Source: Candidatus Eiseniibacteriota bacterium
GTDB taxonomy: Bacteria; Eisenbacteria; RBG-16-71-46; CAIMUX01; VGJL01
Length of the DNA: 64,000 bases
NCBI GenBank assembly: GCA_041946735.1
Contig: JBHGAY010000003.1
Location: 150,951 to 214,950, forward strand
Direction: 5' to 3'
In this document: one piece after another, positions 47,189 through 57,366 of the stretch
Position numbering within the stretch: position 1 is the first letter of the stretch
How the letters are laid out: every line of letters begins with the position of its first letter
Position numbers and translations under genes: made by a program
The notes under the pieces: generated by a model
Told to the model about the DNA's origin: nothing
The model's database searches: none
What the model saw: only the letters and a program-made list of their open reading frames with translations

Positions 47189-50100
47189 TCAGGAGGAGGC
47201 GGAGTCCAGGCGGACGAGCAGCTCCTCGACGGACAGGACGGGCGCGCTTTCGACCGCTTCGTCGAACGCCTGCCGGCCGACCGCCTCGAGGATCCGGCGT
47301 TCGAGATCGGCCCGCCAACCGGACTCCCATCGCGCATCGCCGCGCGGGACGCCCTCGCGGAGCCGGCGCGCGAGCGCGACCAGGCGAAGCGCCTCGCGGG
47401 GACTGCCCGAGGCGTCCGCCACGAAGGCGAGCAAGTCGAGCGGCTGCGCCGCGACGTCGCGGCGAAGACGAGGCGACTCACGAAGCGCTTCGATCGCATG
47501 CCGGCGAGCGTCGTCGAGGCGTCTCTCCTCCAGAGCGACGAACGCGAGGCCGAGCTGAGCGGTCCGTCCCGAGATCCCGCCGGAAGAGGAAGCGGAGATC
47601 GCGAGACTTTCCTCTAAGGTGAGGCGGGCGGCGGCGAGGTCGCCCTGAAGGAAGCGGGTGAATCCGAGCCCGCCGAGAAGCCGTGCCTCGCCGGATCGAT
47701 CGCCGATCGCCCGCGCGAGCGCGAGCCCTTCGGAGAAGCGATCGACGGCTCGGTCCAGCCTCTCGCGCTCCGTTCGCGGCTGCGCGCAGATGTTGTTCTC
47801 GAGATTCCCGAGATTCAGGAGGGTCAGAAGGATTCCGGGACGATCGTCGATCTTCCGCTTGTGCTCGAGGCTTTCCTCGAGGAGGGCCCGGGCTTCGTCG
47901 AACGCCCCCATCTCCTTGCGGATCAGCCCGAGCCCGTTGAGCACGTGCGCGACACCGCGCTCGTCGCCGATCTCCTGCTTCACCCGCAGGCTCTCGCGGA
48001 AGTCCGCCTCCGCCTCCGCAAAACGCCCCTGCTCGGCGAAGGCGACACCTCGATTGAAGACGACGCCGGCGTAGTGCCAAGGGTCGGAGCCGGGATCCAG
48101 GTGCGCGAGGCAGGCATCGTACGAGCGGCGCGCGCTCTCGAAGTCCTCGAGAAGCTTCGCCACGTTCCCCAGCTCGTTGTGACAGCTGCTCTGCAGCCGG
48201 TCGTCGCCGAACTCGGTGGCGATCGCGAGGGCTTCGCGCGCCAGAGAGGAGGCGGCCTCGAGGTCCCCTTGGCTGCGGGCAAGCTCCGCGCAGGAGTGGG
48301 CGACGGCGCCATACAACCGAGTGCGTCCATCGCCCGCTTCCCGCAGCTCCACGAGGAGAGAGGCGAGGGTCCGCCGGCCCTCCTCCCATCGCCCGAGGCG
48401 GATCCAGAACCCTGTCAGCTTGAGCCCGAAGGCGGCGGCGTCCGAAGGGGCGATCGCGGACGTGTGACGCGCGGCGAGCGTGGCGCGCAAGTTGTCCTCT
48501 TCCTCTCGGAAGCGGGCGATCCAGTCGGTTTGCTCGGGACCAACCAGCCTGCGAGCCTCGAAGATCCGGTGGAACGCCTCGAAGCGGCGCTTCAGGAACT
48601 CCGCCTCCTCTCCGGCCTCGCGGAGCTTCTCCTCCGCGTACTCCCGGAAGGTCTCGAGCATCCGGTAGCGGGACGTCCCGGGCCGCTCCGCCGACGGGAC
48701 TCTTTCGATGACCGACTTGGCGAGCAGCGAGCGCATCCGATCGAGCGAACCCCATCCCGCCTGGTCGGGGCGCAGGCAAACCTGTTCGGCGGTCTCGAGC
48801 GACCATCCGCCGTGAAAGACCGAGAGCCGCCGGAAGAGCGCCCTCTCCTCTTCGGAAAGGCGATCGTGGCTCCAGTCGATCATCGCGCGCAGGCCGGTGT
48901 GGCGAGGATCGGTCGCGGTCGCATCCGTGGAACCGGGTCCGCCCGTCCGGTCGAGGAGCGCGAGGCGCTGCTCGAGGCGCGCGAGGATTTCGCCCGGCGC
49001 GAGGACGTCCGCCCAGGTGGCAGCGAGCTCGATCGCGAGAGGGATGCCGTCCAGGCGATGGCAGATCCGTCCCACGACCGCCAGGGCATCGGCATCCTCT
49101 GAAAAGGCAGGATCGCGGGCGCGCGCGCGGTCGAGGAAGAGCGCGGTCGCCGTCTCCTCCCCGTGGTCGTCGAGACGTCCGAGGCGTAGCACGCTCTCGC
49201 CCTCGATCGAGAGCGCCTCGCGCGTCGTCGTCAGGATCGAGAGGCCCGGGCAGGCGCGGAGCAGCTTCCACGCGAGATCGGCGCAGGCGGAGACCATGTG
49301 CTCGGCGTTGTCGAGGAGGAGCAGGAGGCGCTTGTCGCGCAGCCCCTCGATCAATCTGTCGGTGTCGCTCCGCCCGGCGGCCCGTGGCACGCGGAGGGAC
49401 ACGGCGAGCTTTTGCGGCAAGAGGGCCGGGTCGCGGAGGGTCGCGAGATCGACGAAGCGGACACCATCCGGATAGCGATTCGCGCAGCGGACCGCGACTT
49501 CGACGGCGAGCCGGGTCTTGCCGCTTCCTCCGATGCCGGTCAGCGAGACGACTCGCGATCCGGCGAGCCTCTCCTCGAGCGCTTCGATCTCGCGCGTGCG
49601 GCCGAGGAAGCGGGTGAGGTAGACGGGAAGACCGGATCGATCCGGCCGGCCCGGCTCGCCAGGTTCGCCCGGTTCGCCGGTAGAGCGCGCCGATGCGCGG
49701 ACGTCTCGGGCGTCGGACGCCTCGCACAGACGATCGAGGATGCGCCGAGCCTCGGTGATCGAGGCGGGGCGGGCAGCGGGATCGCGGGCGAGCAGGCGCG
49801 GCAGGAGATCGCGAAGTGGAGCGGGGAGATCGGCGGGAAGGCGTCCGGCATCGTATTCCTCGTCGACGGTCGCGCGAAGGCGGTCCGCCGTCGATCCCGG
49901 GAAAGCCGGCGAGCCGGTCAGGCACTCGTGCAAGATGCAGCCGAAGGACCAGATGTCCGCAGGCGCGTCGGCCGGCTCGCCGCGAATCTGCTCCGGGCTC
50001 ATGTACCCCGGAGTCCCGGCGGGCCCGGTGGGAACCGACCCGGCGCCCGGGGGAGCCTCCTCCGCTTCGAAGCCGCGGATCGTTCCCCCGGCGGTGGGGG

Positions 50101-50806
50101 CGGTGATCAGCTTGGCGATGCCGAAGTCGAGGACCTTGAGAAGTCCCTCCTCGGTGAGCAGCAGGTTCGCCGGCTTGAGGTCGCGGTGGATCACCCCGCT
50201 CGCGTGCGCCGCCTCGAGCGCGGAGGCGAGCTGGCGCGCGATCGGCAGGAACTGCTCGAGGGGGATCGGGCCGCTCTCCATCCGTTCGGCCAGAGTGACT
50301 CCGGGAATGCGCTCCATCGTGAGGAAGATGTGGCCTTCGTCGTCCCGCTCGAGCGAGAAGAGGGTCGCGATGTTCGGATGGTTGAGGCGGGCGAGGGCCC
50401 GGGCCTCTTGGCGGAAGCGCTCGACCGCAAAGGGAAACGCGGAGAGCAGGTCGGGGAGCACTTTGACTGCCACCTCGCGGCCGAGGTCGGGGTCGACCGC
50501 GAGGTAGACGATCCCCATTCCGCCGGCGCCCAGCGTGCCGAGGATGCGGTAGCGGCCGAGACGCGAGAGAGTCTCGGTGGAGGCCGCTTCGGGGCTTGCT
50601 GCGCCGTCGTCGATGCCATCGTCGATGGCATCGAGGTGCAGAGAGGGATCACGGGGATCGTCATGCGCGAGCAGGCGAAGCACGGCCGCCTCGATCTCGA
50701 GATCGTCACTGGCCCGGCGGCGGATCCATGCCGAGCGCTTCTGCTCGGGGACGGAGGTCGCCTCGAGGAGCAGGTCGCGGACCCGCGCAAACTTCTCGGG
50801 CGTCAT
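47189..50806 (-). CDS. Ser/Thr protein kinase fused to a STAND (NB-ARC-like) ATPase and TPR repeats
   Basis: LGAGGMG.VY, VAVK, HRDLKPAN, DFG and GTPGYMSPEQ; FLGR, GIGGSGKT, LLLDN and DGIPLAIELAA; C-terminal TPRs. Confidence 0.93.
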   Translation of the reverse strand: MTPEKFARVRDLLLEATSVPEQKRSAWIRRRASDDLEIEAAVLRLLAHDDPRDPSLHLDAIDDGIDDGAASPEAASTETLSRLGRYRILGTLGAGGMGIVYLAVDPDLGREVAVKVLPDLLSAFPFAVERFRQEARALARLNHPNIATLFSLERDDEGHIFLTMERIPGVTLAERMESGPIPLEQFLPIARQLASALEAAHASGVIHRDLKPANLLLTEEGLLKVLDFGIAKLITAPTAGGTIRGFEAEEAPPGAGSVPTGPAGTPGYMSPEQIRGEPADAPADIWSFGCILHECLTGSPAFPGSTADRLRATVDEEYDAGRLPADLPAPLRDLLPRLLARDPAARPASITEARRILDRLCEASDARDVRASARSTGEPGEPGEPGRPDRSGLPVYLTRFLGRTREIEALEERLAGSRVVSLTGIGGSGKTRLAVEVAVRCANRYPDGVRFVDLATLRDPALLPQKLAVSLRVPRAAGRSDTDRLIEGLRDKRLLLLLDNAEHMVSACADLAWKLLRACPGLSILTTTREALSIEGESVLRLGRLDDHGEETATALFLDRARARDPAFSEDADALAVVGRICHRLDGIPLAIELAATWADVLAPGEILARLEQRLALLDRTGGPGSTDATATDPRHTGLRAMIDWSHDRLSEEERALFRRLSVFHGGWSLETAEQVCLRPDQAGWGSLDRMRSLLAKSVIERVPSAERPGTSRYRMLETFREYAEEKLREAGEEAEFLKRRFEAFHRIFEARRLVGPEQTDWIARFREEEDNLRATLAARHTSAIAPSDAAAFGLKLTGFWIRLGRWEEGRRTLASLLVELREAGDGRTRLYGAVAHSCAELARSQGDLEAASSLAREALAIATEFGDDRLQSSCHNELGNVAKLLEDFESARRSYDACLAHLDPGSDPWHYAGVVFNRGVAFAEQGRFAEAEADFRESLRVKQEIGDERGVAHVLNGLGLIRKEMGAFDEARALLEESLEHKRKIDDRPGILLTLLNLGNLENNICAQPRTERERLDRAVDRFSEGLALARAIGDRSGEARLLGGLGFTRFLQGDLAAARLTLEESLAISASSSGGISGRTAQLGLAFVALEERRLDDARRHAIEALRESPRLRRDVAAQPLDLLAFVADASGSPREALRLVALARRLREGVPRGDARWESGWRADLERRILEAVGRQAFDEAVESAPVLSVEELLVRLDSASS

Positions 50807-51414
50807 ACCGAGCCTGCTCCTGGCGCGTCCGTCTCCTCGCCCGACTCCAGGCCGGCCAGCTCGGCGCGGAGCCACATGGAGGCGACGCGCCAGTCGTCCA
50901 CCACCGTCTTGCGGGAGACGCCAAGCAAGAAGGCGATCTCCTTCCCCGTCATGCCCGAGAAGACGCGAAGCTCGACGACCCGGGCCATGCGGGGGTGAAG
51001 CGAGGCGAGCCGCTCGAGCGCGCGCTCCATGTCGATCGCGTCGATCTCGCCGTCCCGTACCGGGATCGGGGAGCCGGTCAGCGAGACGCGCTGCCAAGCG
51101 CCGCCGCGCTTTGCGGTCCCGCGGCGGCGCGCATGGTCGATCAGCACCTGCCGCATCGCATGGGAAGCGATACCGAAGAAATGCGCGCGGTTCTGCCAGC
51201 GGATCTGCGAGTGATCGACGAGACGGAGATACGCCTCGTTCAGGAGGGCCGTCGGCTGGAGCGTGTGGCCGCTGCGCTCCCTCCGCATTTCGCGCTGGGC
51301 GAGCCGGCGCAGCTCCTCATAGGCGACCGAGAAGATCCGGTCCGCGGCGGAACGGGGCAGGGGATCTCCCTGGGCGGTGGCGAGCAGGAGTGCAGTGATC
51401 TCTCGTTCCGGCAT
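50803..51414 (-). CDS. ECF sigma factor of the kinase-associated type
   Basis: YEELRRLA, HTLQPTALLNEAYLRL, RAHFFGIA..AMRQVLIDHAR and VVELRVFSG motifs; ATGA overlap with the kinase. Confidence 0.93.
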   Translation of the reverse strand: MPEREITALLLATAQGDPLPRSAADRIFSVAYEELRRLAQREMRRERSGHTLQPTALLNEAYLRLVDHSQIRWQNRAHFFGIASHAMRQVLIDHARRRGTAKRGGAWQRVSLTGSPIPVRDGEIDAIDMERALERLASLHPRMARVVELRVFSGMTGKEIAFLLGVSRKTVVDDWRVASMWLRAELAGLESGEETDAPGAGSV

Positions 51415-51626
51415 GCGACCTCCGTGAACCCCACGGCGGCCGAGCGGGAGCTGGGCCGGTAGCCGGGGTGCCGGGCATCGGACATTCGCGAGGCACCCAG
51501 GAGACGACGACCGGACAGGGATTCTCGCATGCGCCGGCATGCCAGGGGAAGGCGGCACCCGTCGCCGTGTGCCGCCTTCTGAGAGGTCCGGGGAAGAGTC
51601 CGCCCGCGAACACGCGAACTCGCCGA

Positions 51627-53297
51627 TTATCTCCCGCGCAGCACCAGCACCGTCCTGTTGGCGACGGTCCGACCCTCGGCGGACACCCGGAGGAAGTAGA
51701 TGCCGGATGGGAGGCCTTGCAGTTCGTCGATACGGACCTCGTGCCGCCCGGGCGCAAGCTGGCGCGCCCACGCGCGCGGCAGTGCCCGCCCGCTCGCGTC
51801 GAAGATCCGGATCTCGGTGTGAACGACCCGCATCGCTTCGAGCGCGATCGTGAACTCCTCACCGGAGTGCAGCGGGTTCGGGCCCGAGCCGCGCAGCCGC
51901 AGAGGGCTCATGCCGGCCTCGGAGGGAAGGTCCGCCGTTCCTTCTCCAACGGAGGCAAGCACGGGCGAGTCGCTCAGATCGATGTCGAGCCAGTAGCCGG
52001 ATTGGGAGAGGGTCGTCGCCGACGCGCGGAGAACCTCCGCGTGCGTCGCGACCTGGGAGTCGTGGAAGATCGCAGCCTCCTCATCGGGGCTCGGCCCGGC
52101 GTCGAGGATGGCGAGGACGGTCCCGAACGTAGTCAAGCTCGGGAAGTAGATGCCGGAGCGATCGAGGAGATCGTCCGCGGCGTCGATCTCCCACTGGGGC
52201 ACGGCCGCCATGCCGTTTTGCTGAACCGCCTGCATGAAGGCGCGGAAGTCGTCCAGCGTTCCGGGGCGGAAGAACTCGATGAGGCGCCGAGGCTGATCGT
52301 CCGGCGAATGCACGAGCGGGACCTGGTCGAGCATCGAAGATACGGCTTGAAGCGCCTGCAACATCTGCAGGGCCGCCTGGATCACCTGGGTATTGTCGCA
52401 GCCGGGCCCGCCGTTCTCGACATGGCAGGGATCGTCCGGAGGCGGTGGCTGGTTGGCTGCCTGGAGGACCTCCTGCAGAGCGAACATCCCATCGCGCCAC
52501 GCAGCCCGGAGCGTTCCGAGCGATCCGTCCGCAAGCTCCACCTGCGCGGGGACGACCTCGAGCGCCTCCATCCGCTCGGCGGACGCCTCCATGAGCGGTG
52601 GGATCGCCTGAAGCTCCGCCTGCGCGTCGGCGACCGCCTGCAGCACCTCGTCGCCACGGTGGTCGGTCGCGGCGGCGGCGCCGCGCGCGAGCTGGAAGAA
52701 GAGCCGCAACGCCCCCTTCATGTAGTCCCAGGAGAGGGCAGCATCGCCGGTGAAGTCCGCCTCCGTCAGTTCGACGTCGAAGAGGCTGTGGAGCATTCCG
52801 GGGATCGGCGCTTCGATCTCTTCGTCGGTCGGCGGGACGTAATGGCTCCCGGGGACCGTCCATGTCGCATCGCAGACCGGATCCCAGCACAAGTCGGAGA
52901 TCGCGTATCCGAGCTGGAAGAATCCGGTGCCTGCCATGAAGCCCGCGGCCGCCGCAGTCGCGATCGCGAGCGCGTTCTTCGCAGTCGCAAGGGCGGCCTG
53001 GGCGGCGGCGAGGCGGGCCGCGGCGGCTTGCATCGCCGCGAGCGTCGCCGCCGTCGTCGCTGGGTTGCCGTTCGCCAGATCATAGTTCTGCTTGGCGACT
53101 TCGAACGCCCGCTGCCACACCACCACCTGGGCCGCCGCGGCCGCCACGGCCGCCGCGGCGTCCTTGTACACTTGCTGGACTCGTTCGGTGTGCGCGATCG
53201 CTTTCTTGTACTCGGGATCGGCCGGCGCCGATGTCACGAGTGTTGCGGCCAGGATCAGCGCCATGGCCGCGGCGGCGATGCGATGCGAGGTTGGCAT
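51627..53297 (-). CDS. Secreted all-helical hypothetical protein with C-terminal FlgD-Ig/T9SS-like domain
   Basis: AAGGAG RBS; signal peptide; Ala-rich helices; C-terminus GPNP...IFDASGR...LPSGIYFLRV. Confidence 0.8.
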   Translation of the reverse strand: MPTSHRIAAAAMALILAATLVTSAPADPEYKKAIAHTERVQQVYKDAAAAVAAAAAQVVVWQRAFEVAKQNYDLANGNPATTAATLAAMQAAAARLAAAQAALATAKNALAIATAAAAGFMAGTGFFQLGYAISDLCWDPVCDATWTVPGSHYVPPTDEEIEAPIPGMLHSLFDVELTEADFTGDAALSWDYMKGALRLFFQLARGAAAATDHRGDEVLQAVADAQAELQAIPPLMEASAERMEALEVVPAQVELADGSLGTLRAAWRDGMFALQEVLQAANQPPPPDDPCHVENGGPGCDNTQVIQAALQMLQALQAVSSMLDQVPLVHSPDDQPRRLIEFFRPGTLDDFRAFMQAVQQNGMAAVPQWEIDAADDLLDRSGIYFPSLTTFGTVLAILDAGPSPDEEAAIFHDSQVATHAEVLRASATTLSQSGYWLDIDLSDSPVLASVGEGTADLPSEAGMSPLRLRGSGPNPLHSGEEFTIALEAMRVVHTEIRIFDASGRALPRAWARQLAPGRHEVRIDELQGLPSGIYFLRVSAEGRTVANRTVLVLRGR

Positions 53298-53651
53298 GTT
53301 GGCTCCTTCCCCATCGGGACGACCGGCGGTCGACCGTGGGTCCTCTGGGCCGCGCGGCTGCGGGCATCGCCCCTCGGTCCTCATCCAGATCCCAGGAGGA
53401 GAACCTGCTGCTCGCTGCCACGCGGCCGTCTCCACGAGCGGGCCTCGATGCGGATTCGGCGGTCCTGGGGGCTCTGCGGGCCGCATCGGGGAATGCCGAT
53501 CACCGCTCTTGAGAAGCAACCTTAGCCATCCTTCTTACCGGCTTCTTACGCACGCAAGCCCTTTGACCGAGACGGAGATCAGCAACTCATTCTCCGGCTA
53601 TGGATTGCATCGCTTTGAGGATGGCGCCGGTCCGTCTACCCTTGGTGCACC

Positions 53652-56600
53652 ATGAATCGTCCCGCCGCCAGCCCGCTTCTCCCTCGGCCCCGCCTGCTCC
53701 GCGCCTTGCGTGAAGGGTGCAAAGCGGTCCTGCTGACGGCGCCTGCCGGGTGCGGGAAGACCGCTCTGCTGACCCAGTTCGCGGCGCGAGCCGATCCTCT
53801 CTGGTGCCGGCTCCGTCCGGAAGACAAGGACCCGGGCCACCTGCTCGGGAGCCTTCTTGCCTGCGCCGGCCGGCTCCGCAACCCGATTGGATCCTCGACA
53901 CGCGCGCTCTACGACGCCCGGAGGGACATGGAGCGCGACGGCGGTTTCCTGACCTCGACCTTCCTCTCCGACCTGATCGCCGGCCGGCGCACGCGGTGGC
54001 TGGTGTTCGATGATGCCCACCAGGTGCGGGAATCGCCCGATGCGGTGCGATGGCTGCAGTACCTCATCGAGGAGTCAGGCCCCTCGGTCCGCTTCCTGCT
54101 CTCCTCGCGAGAGGAGATCCCGTTGCGGACCGCCCGCCTGAGCCTTCTCGGGGGCGCGCGCACCCTGACCGCCTCCGATCTGGCTTTCTCACGCCACGAG
54201 ATCGTCCAGGTCGTCCGCCACAGGACGGGGCGAATCCTCTCCCGTCAGCAAGCCGCGTCTTTGCGGGGGCAGACAGGGGGTTGGGCCGTGGCTGTCAGCT
54301 TCGCGGCCCGTCTGCTCGAGGACCGGAAGATCCACGTCGACGACTTGTTGCGCGACTGGGGCGCGCATGCGAACCGGGATCTGGCGGCGTACCTGTCCCA
54401 GGAGGTGCTCGCCTCGCTTCCAGAGATAATGCGCGACGCGCTCCTTCAACTGTCTCCGCTCGAGGATCTCGATCCGGTCTCGGTCCGCTTCGTCCTCGGC
54501 GAGCGGCGCGGCGACGCGTTCCTCGCCGAGGTCCACCGCCTGGATCCCTTCTTGCGCACCCCTCTGGATGCGGACGAGCCGCCCCGTTTCCATCCGTTCT
54601 TCCGCGACTTCCTGCGGAGCGAGATGCAGGCACGCGTTCCGCGCGCGAAGTCTCGGGCTGCCTGGCGCCGCCTGACGGCCCACCAGGCGCGACTCGGGCA
54701 CGAAACGCTGGCAATACGAACCGCGCTCGCCGCCCGGGACGCGACGGCGGCCGTGCGGCTCTTCGAGCAGGCGAGACGCAGTCGCTGTCCGCCCTCCTTC
54801 GGCGTCCTGGTCCACCTTGCGGACCGGATTCTCACCGAGTGTCCGGGCGGCTCTTCCGATCCGCTCCGCCATCCGTGGATTCACTTTCATGCCGCCCATC
54901 AGTCTCAGAAGCTCCGGCGCTTCGAGGAAGCGCTCTCGCGACACCGCGCCTCCCGCATCGGGTTCCTCGCGAACGGCAACCACCTGCAGGCGGCGCGCTC
55001 GTTTCGCCAGGAAGCGGCCACCGCGACCATGACCGGCGCCATGGAGGAGACGATTCGCGAAGGGAAGCAACTTCTCAGGTTGCTCCCCGCTCACGCGAAG
55101 CACGCACGCGGAATCGTCCATTTGGAGATCGGAGCGCTTCAGCTCGGCGCCGGCGATCCGACGCACGCGCGAAGGTCGATCGAGCTGGCGCAGAGACTGC
55201 TCGCGCGATGCGAGCTGCATGAAGAGACCGCGAACGCCCGGGAGCGCCTGGCGGACCTGGCCTTCACCGAGGGCCGATGGGATCAGTACCTCCTGGAGAC
55301 CGGCCCCGTCCTCCGTTTCCTGATCCGCTCGGGCCGGGCCACACGGGAACAGTCGCTTCGCATCAATCGTGCGGAGGCGCTGATCTACCTCGGGAGGGAA
55401 GAAGAGGCGCAGGCGAGCCTGTCGGTGGCCGAGGCGTTGGCGGGCCGGTCGTTTCTTACCGCGAACCGCGCGTTGATCGCGATCGGTCGTGCGCGCGCGG
55501 CCTCCGACGCGTGGCAGACCGGTGGGCTACGATCCCTCTTCGCTCACGCGAGGAAGATCGCGCGATCCGCCGGCTCTCCGGTGTCTGCGCTCCAGCTCGA
55601 TCTATGGGAAGGGGTCGCCGAGCGCCGACGCGGCAGACGCGCGGCCGCATCGCGGCTGCTTCGCCGCGCGATGGAGGGATTCGCCGAACTCGGCTCCGAA
55701 TCGTGGCAGGCTCGAGCCGCGATCGAGGTCGGGCTGATTCAAGGGCTCGAGGGGCGGACGGCGCAGGCTTTGAGCCTCCTGGATGCGGCGGTTCGAGTCT
55801 CCCGAGCGCACCGCGATCGAAAGGAGGAAGCGTACGTCCTTCTCGCGCGGGCTTGCATCCTCCGGACCGCTGGGCGGGCCTATCGGCCGGCTCTTCACTC
55901 TTGCCTCGAAATCCTCGAGTCCGAGGACTACTTCGTCCTGCTGCGGAAAGAGCGGGATCTTGCAGTCCCACTGCTCCGCGATGCCTTCCGGGGTGGATAC
56001 AGCGCTTCCCGGATCTCTCGGGCGGTCGCCGCCCTGCCCGATGAGCTGCGCGAAGAGGTGCACAAGGCGTCGCGACCCGCACCGGACCGTACGATAGGCA
56101 CGCGTGCGCGGCCGCGCGTCGAGGTCCAGCTCCTCGGGATCTTCCGGGTTCTTGTGGATGGACGCGAGGTGCCGTTTCCTCGGAAGGGGTCGCGTGCCCT
56201 GATCGCGCACCTGGCGCTCACGCGCTGCCCTGTCTCTCGCGACTTGCTCGCCGAGCGGATCTGGCCGGGTGCGCCTGCGAACGCGAGCCGCAACCGCTTC
56301 GACGTCACGCTGTCCATCGCGAGGCGGTGCCTCGAACCAGGGGCCGGCCCGCGAGGTCCGTTTCGTCTGTTGCTCTCGGAGTCCGGCATGTGCCGGCTTG
56401 CCGAGGGGGAGATCCGACTGGATGTCCGCGAGTTCGAGCGCAAGGCTCGCGCATGCGATCCTCTGGTGCTACGCCTGCTGGAAGGGGCCGCTGCAACGGC
56501 AGGAGGAAGGAGAATCGTCGACCGTCCACCGCCAAGCGCGCGGGACATCGACTTGCTGCAGGATGCGATCGCCACCTACCGAGGGGATCTCCTCGATGGC

Positions 56601-56984
56601 GAGTCCGCGGACGCCTGGATCGCAGCTCGCCGAGAGGACCTGCGGGAGCGTTTCCAGCGGCTGCTGATCGCCTCCGGGCGGCTGGCCCTCTGGCGGAATC
56701 GACCGGAGGAGGCGCTCGAGGCCGCGCGCCGCATCCTGGAGGCCGATCCTCTTTCCGAGGCTGCGATGGAGATCCGGATGCTCGCCCTCGCGCGGACGGG
56801 TCAGAGCCCGGTGGCGATCCGCGACTATGCGCGTTTCGTCAAACGCCTCGCCCGCGGGGTCGGCGCGGCGCCCGATCCACGGCTCGAGGCCGCGTACCGG
56901 GACCTCATGGCTGAGCGTTTCCCTCGCCCCCGGCTGCGCCTCGATGTCAGCGGCCGACCGGAGTCGACGCGTCCGGTCCGATGA
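53652..56984 (+). CDS. MalT-like STAND transcriptional regulator with C-terminal wHTH and BTAD (SARP) domains
   Basis: LLPRPRLL, APAGCGKT, VFDDAH, TGGWAV and RFHPFFRDFL; C-terminal QLLG.F.V, ERIWP, YRGDLL and DPLSE motifs. Confidence 0.9.
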   Translation: MNRPAASPLLPRPRLLRALREGCKAVLLTAPAGCGKTALLTQFAARADPLWCRLRPEDKDPGHLLGSLLACAGRLRNPIGSSTRALYDARRDMERDGGFLTSTFLSDLIAGRRTRWLVFDDAHQVRESPDAVRWLQYLIEESGPSVRFLLSSREEIPLRTARLSLLGGARTLTASDLAFSRHEIVQVVRHRTGRILSRQQAASLRGQTGGWAVAVSFAARLLEDRKIHVDDLLRDWGAHANRDLAAYLSQEVLASLPEIMRDALLQLSPLEDLDPVSVRFVLGERRGDAFLAEVHRLDPFLRTPLDADEPPRFHPFFRDFLRSEMQARVPRAKSRAAWRRLTAHQARLGHETLAIRTALAARDATAAVRLFEQARRSRCPPSFGVLVHLADRILTECPGGSSDPLRHPWIHFHAAHQSQKLRRFEEALSRHRASRIGFLANGNHLQAARSFRQEAATATMTGAMEETIREGKQLLRLLPAHAKHARGIVHLEIGALQLGAGDPTHARRSIELAQRLLARCELHEETANARERLADLAFTEGRWDQYLLETGPVLRFLIRSGRATREQSLRINRAEALIYLGREEEAQASLSVAEALAGRSFLTANRALIAIGRARAASDAWQTGGLRSLFAHARKIARSAGSPVSALQLDLWEGVAERRRGRRAAASRLLRRAMEGFAELGSESWQARAAIEVGLIQGLEGRTAQALSLLDAAVRVSRAHRDRKEEAYVLLARACILRTAGRAYRPALHSCLEILESEDYFVLLRKERDLAVPLLRDAFRGGYSASRISRAVAALPDELREEVHKASRPAPDRTIGTRARPRVEVQLLGIFRVLVDGREVPFPRKGSRALIAHLALTRCPVSRDLLAERIWPGAPANASRNRFDVTLSIARRCLEPGAGPRGPFRLLLSESGMCRLAEGEIRLDVREFERKARACDPLVLRLLEGAAATAGGRRIVDRPPPSARDIDLLQDAIATYRGDLLDGESADAWIAARREDLRERFQRLLIASGRLALWRNRPEEALEAARRILEADPLSEAAMEIRMLALARTGQSPVAIRDYARFVKRLARGVGAAPDPRLEAAYRDLMAERFPRPRLRLDVSGRPESTRPVR

Positions 56985-57246
56985 CCGTCGTCCACTCGCG
57001 CACGCGCCAGCTCTTCACCAGTCCCTCGCGAACGTAGATGTCGGAGCGCGCGAACTCTTCCGCCGCCTTCGGCGACTCGCCGCGGAAGAGCAGGATCGCT
57101 TGATCGACCGGGTCCGCGAGGGCGCCGCCGAGGATCAGTTCGCCGCGCGCAACCGACGCCCGGGCGAGATCGAGATGCGCCGCGCGCAGCGGCTGCCGGC
57201 GCGTCACGTAATCGTCGGCGAGATCGTAGATCAGCAGGTAATGCAT
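56947..57246 (-). CDS. yciI: YciI family protein
   Basis: R..LRAAHL, LGGAL and FARSDIYVREGLV motifs; GGAGGA RBS. Confidence 0.9.
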   Translation of the reverse strand: MHYLLIYDLADDYVTRRQPLRAAHLDLARASVARGELILGGALADPVDQAILLFRGESPKAAEEFARSDIYVREGLVKSWRVREWTTVIGPDASTPVGR

Positions 57247-57366
57247 CGCTTCCTCCTCCGTCTCCCCCCTGCATCCCCATGAGAAGCGGCGGCCCCGTCT
57301 CGCCGGAGCCGCCGCCCGATGGACCGCCGATCGCGGCTAGCGCAAGAGCGGCGCCGTCGCTTCGCC

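Noticed and set aside
47189..50806. Kinase-STAND-TPR protein as an Avs-type antiphage system
   Set aside because: Coupling to an ECF sigma and the lack of a nuclease effector or defence-island context favour a signalling role.
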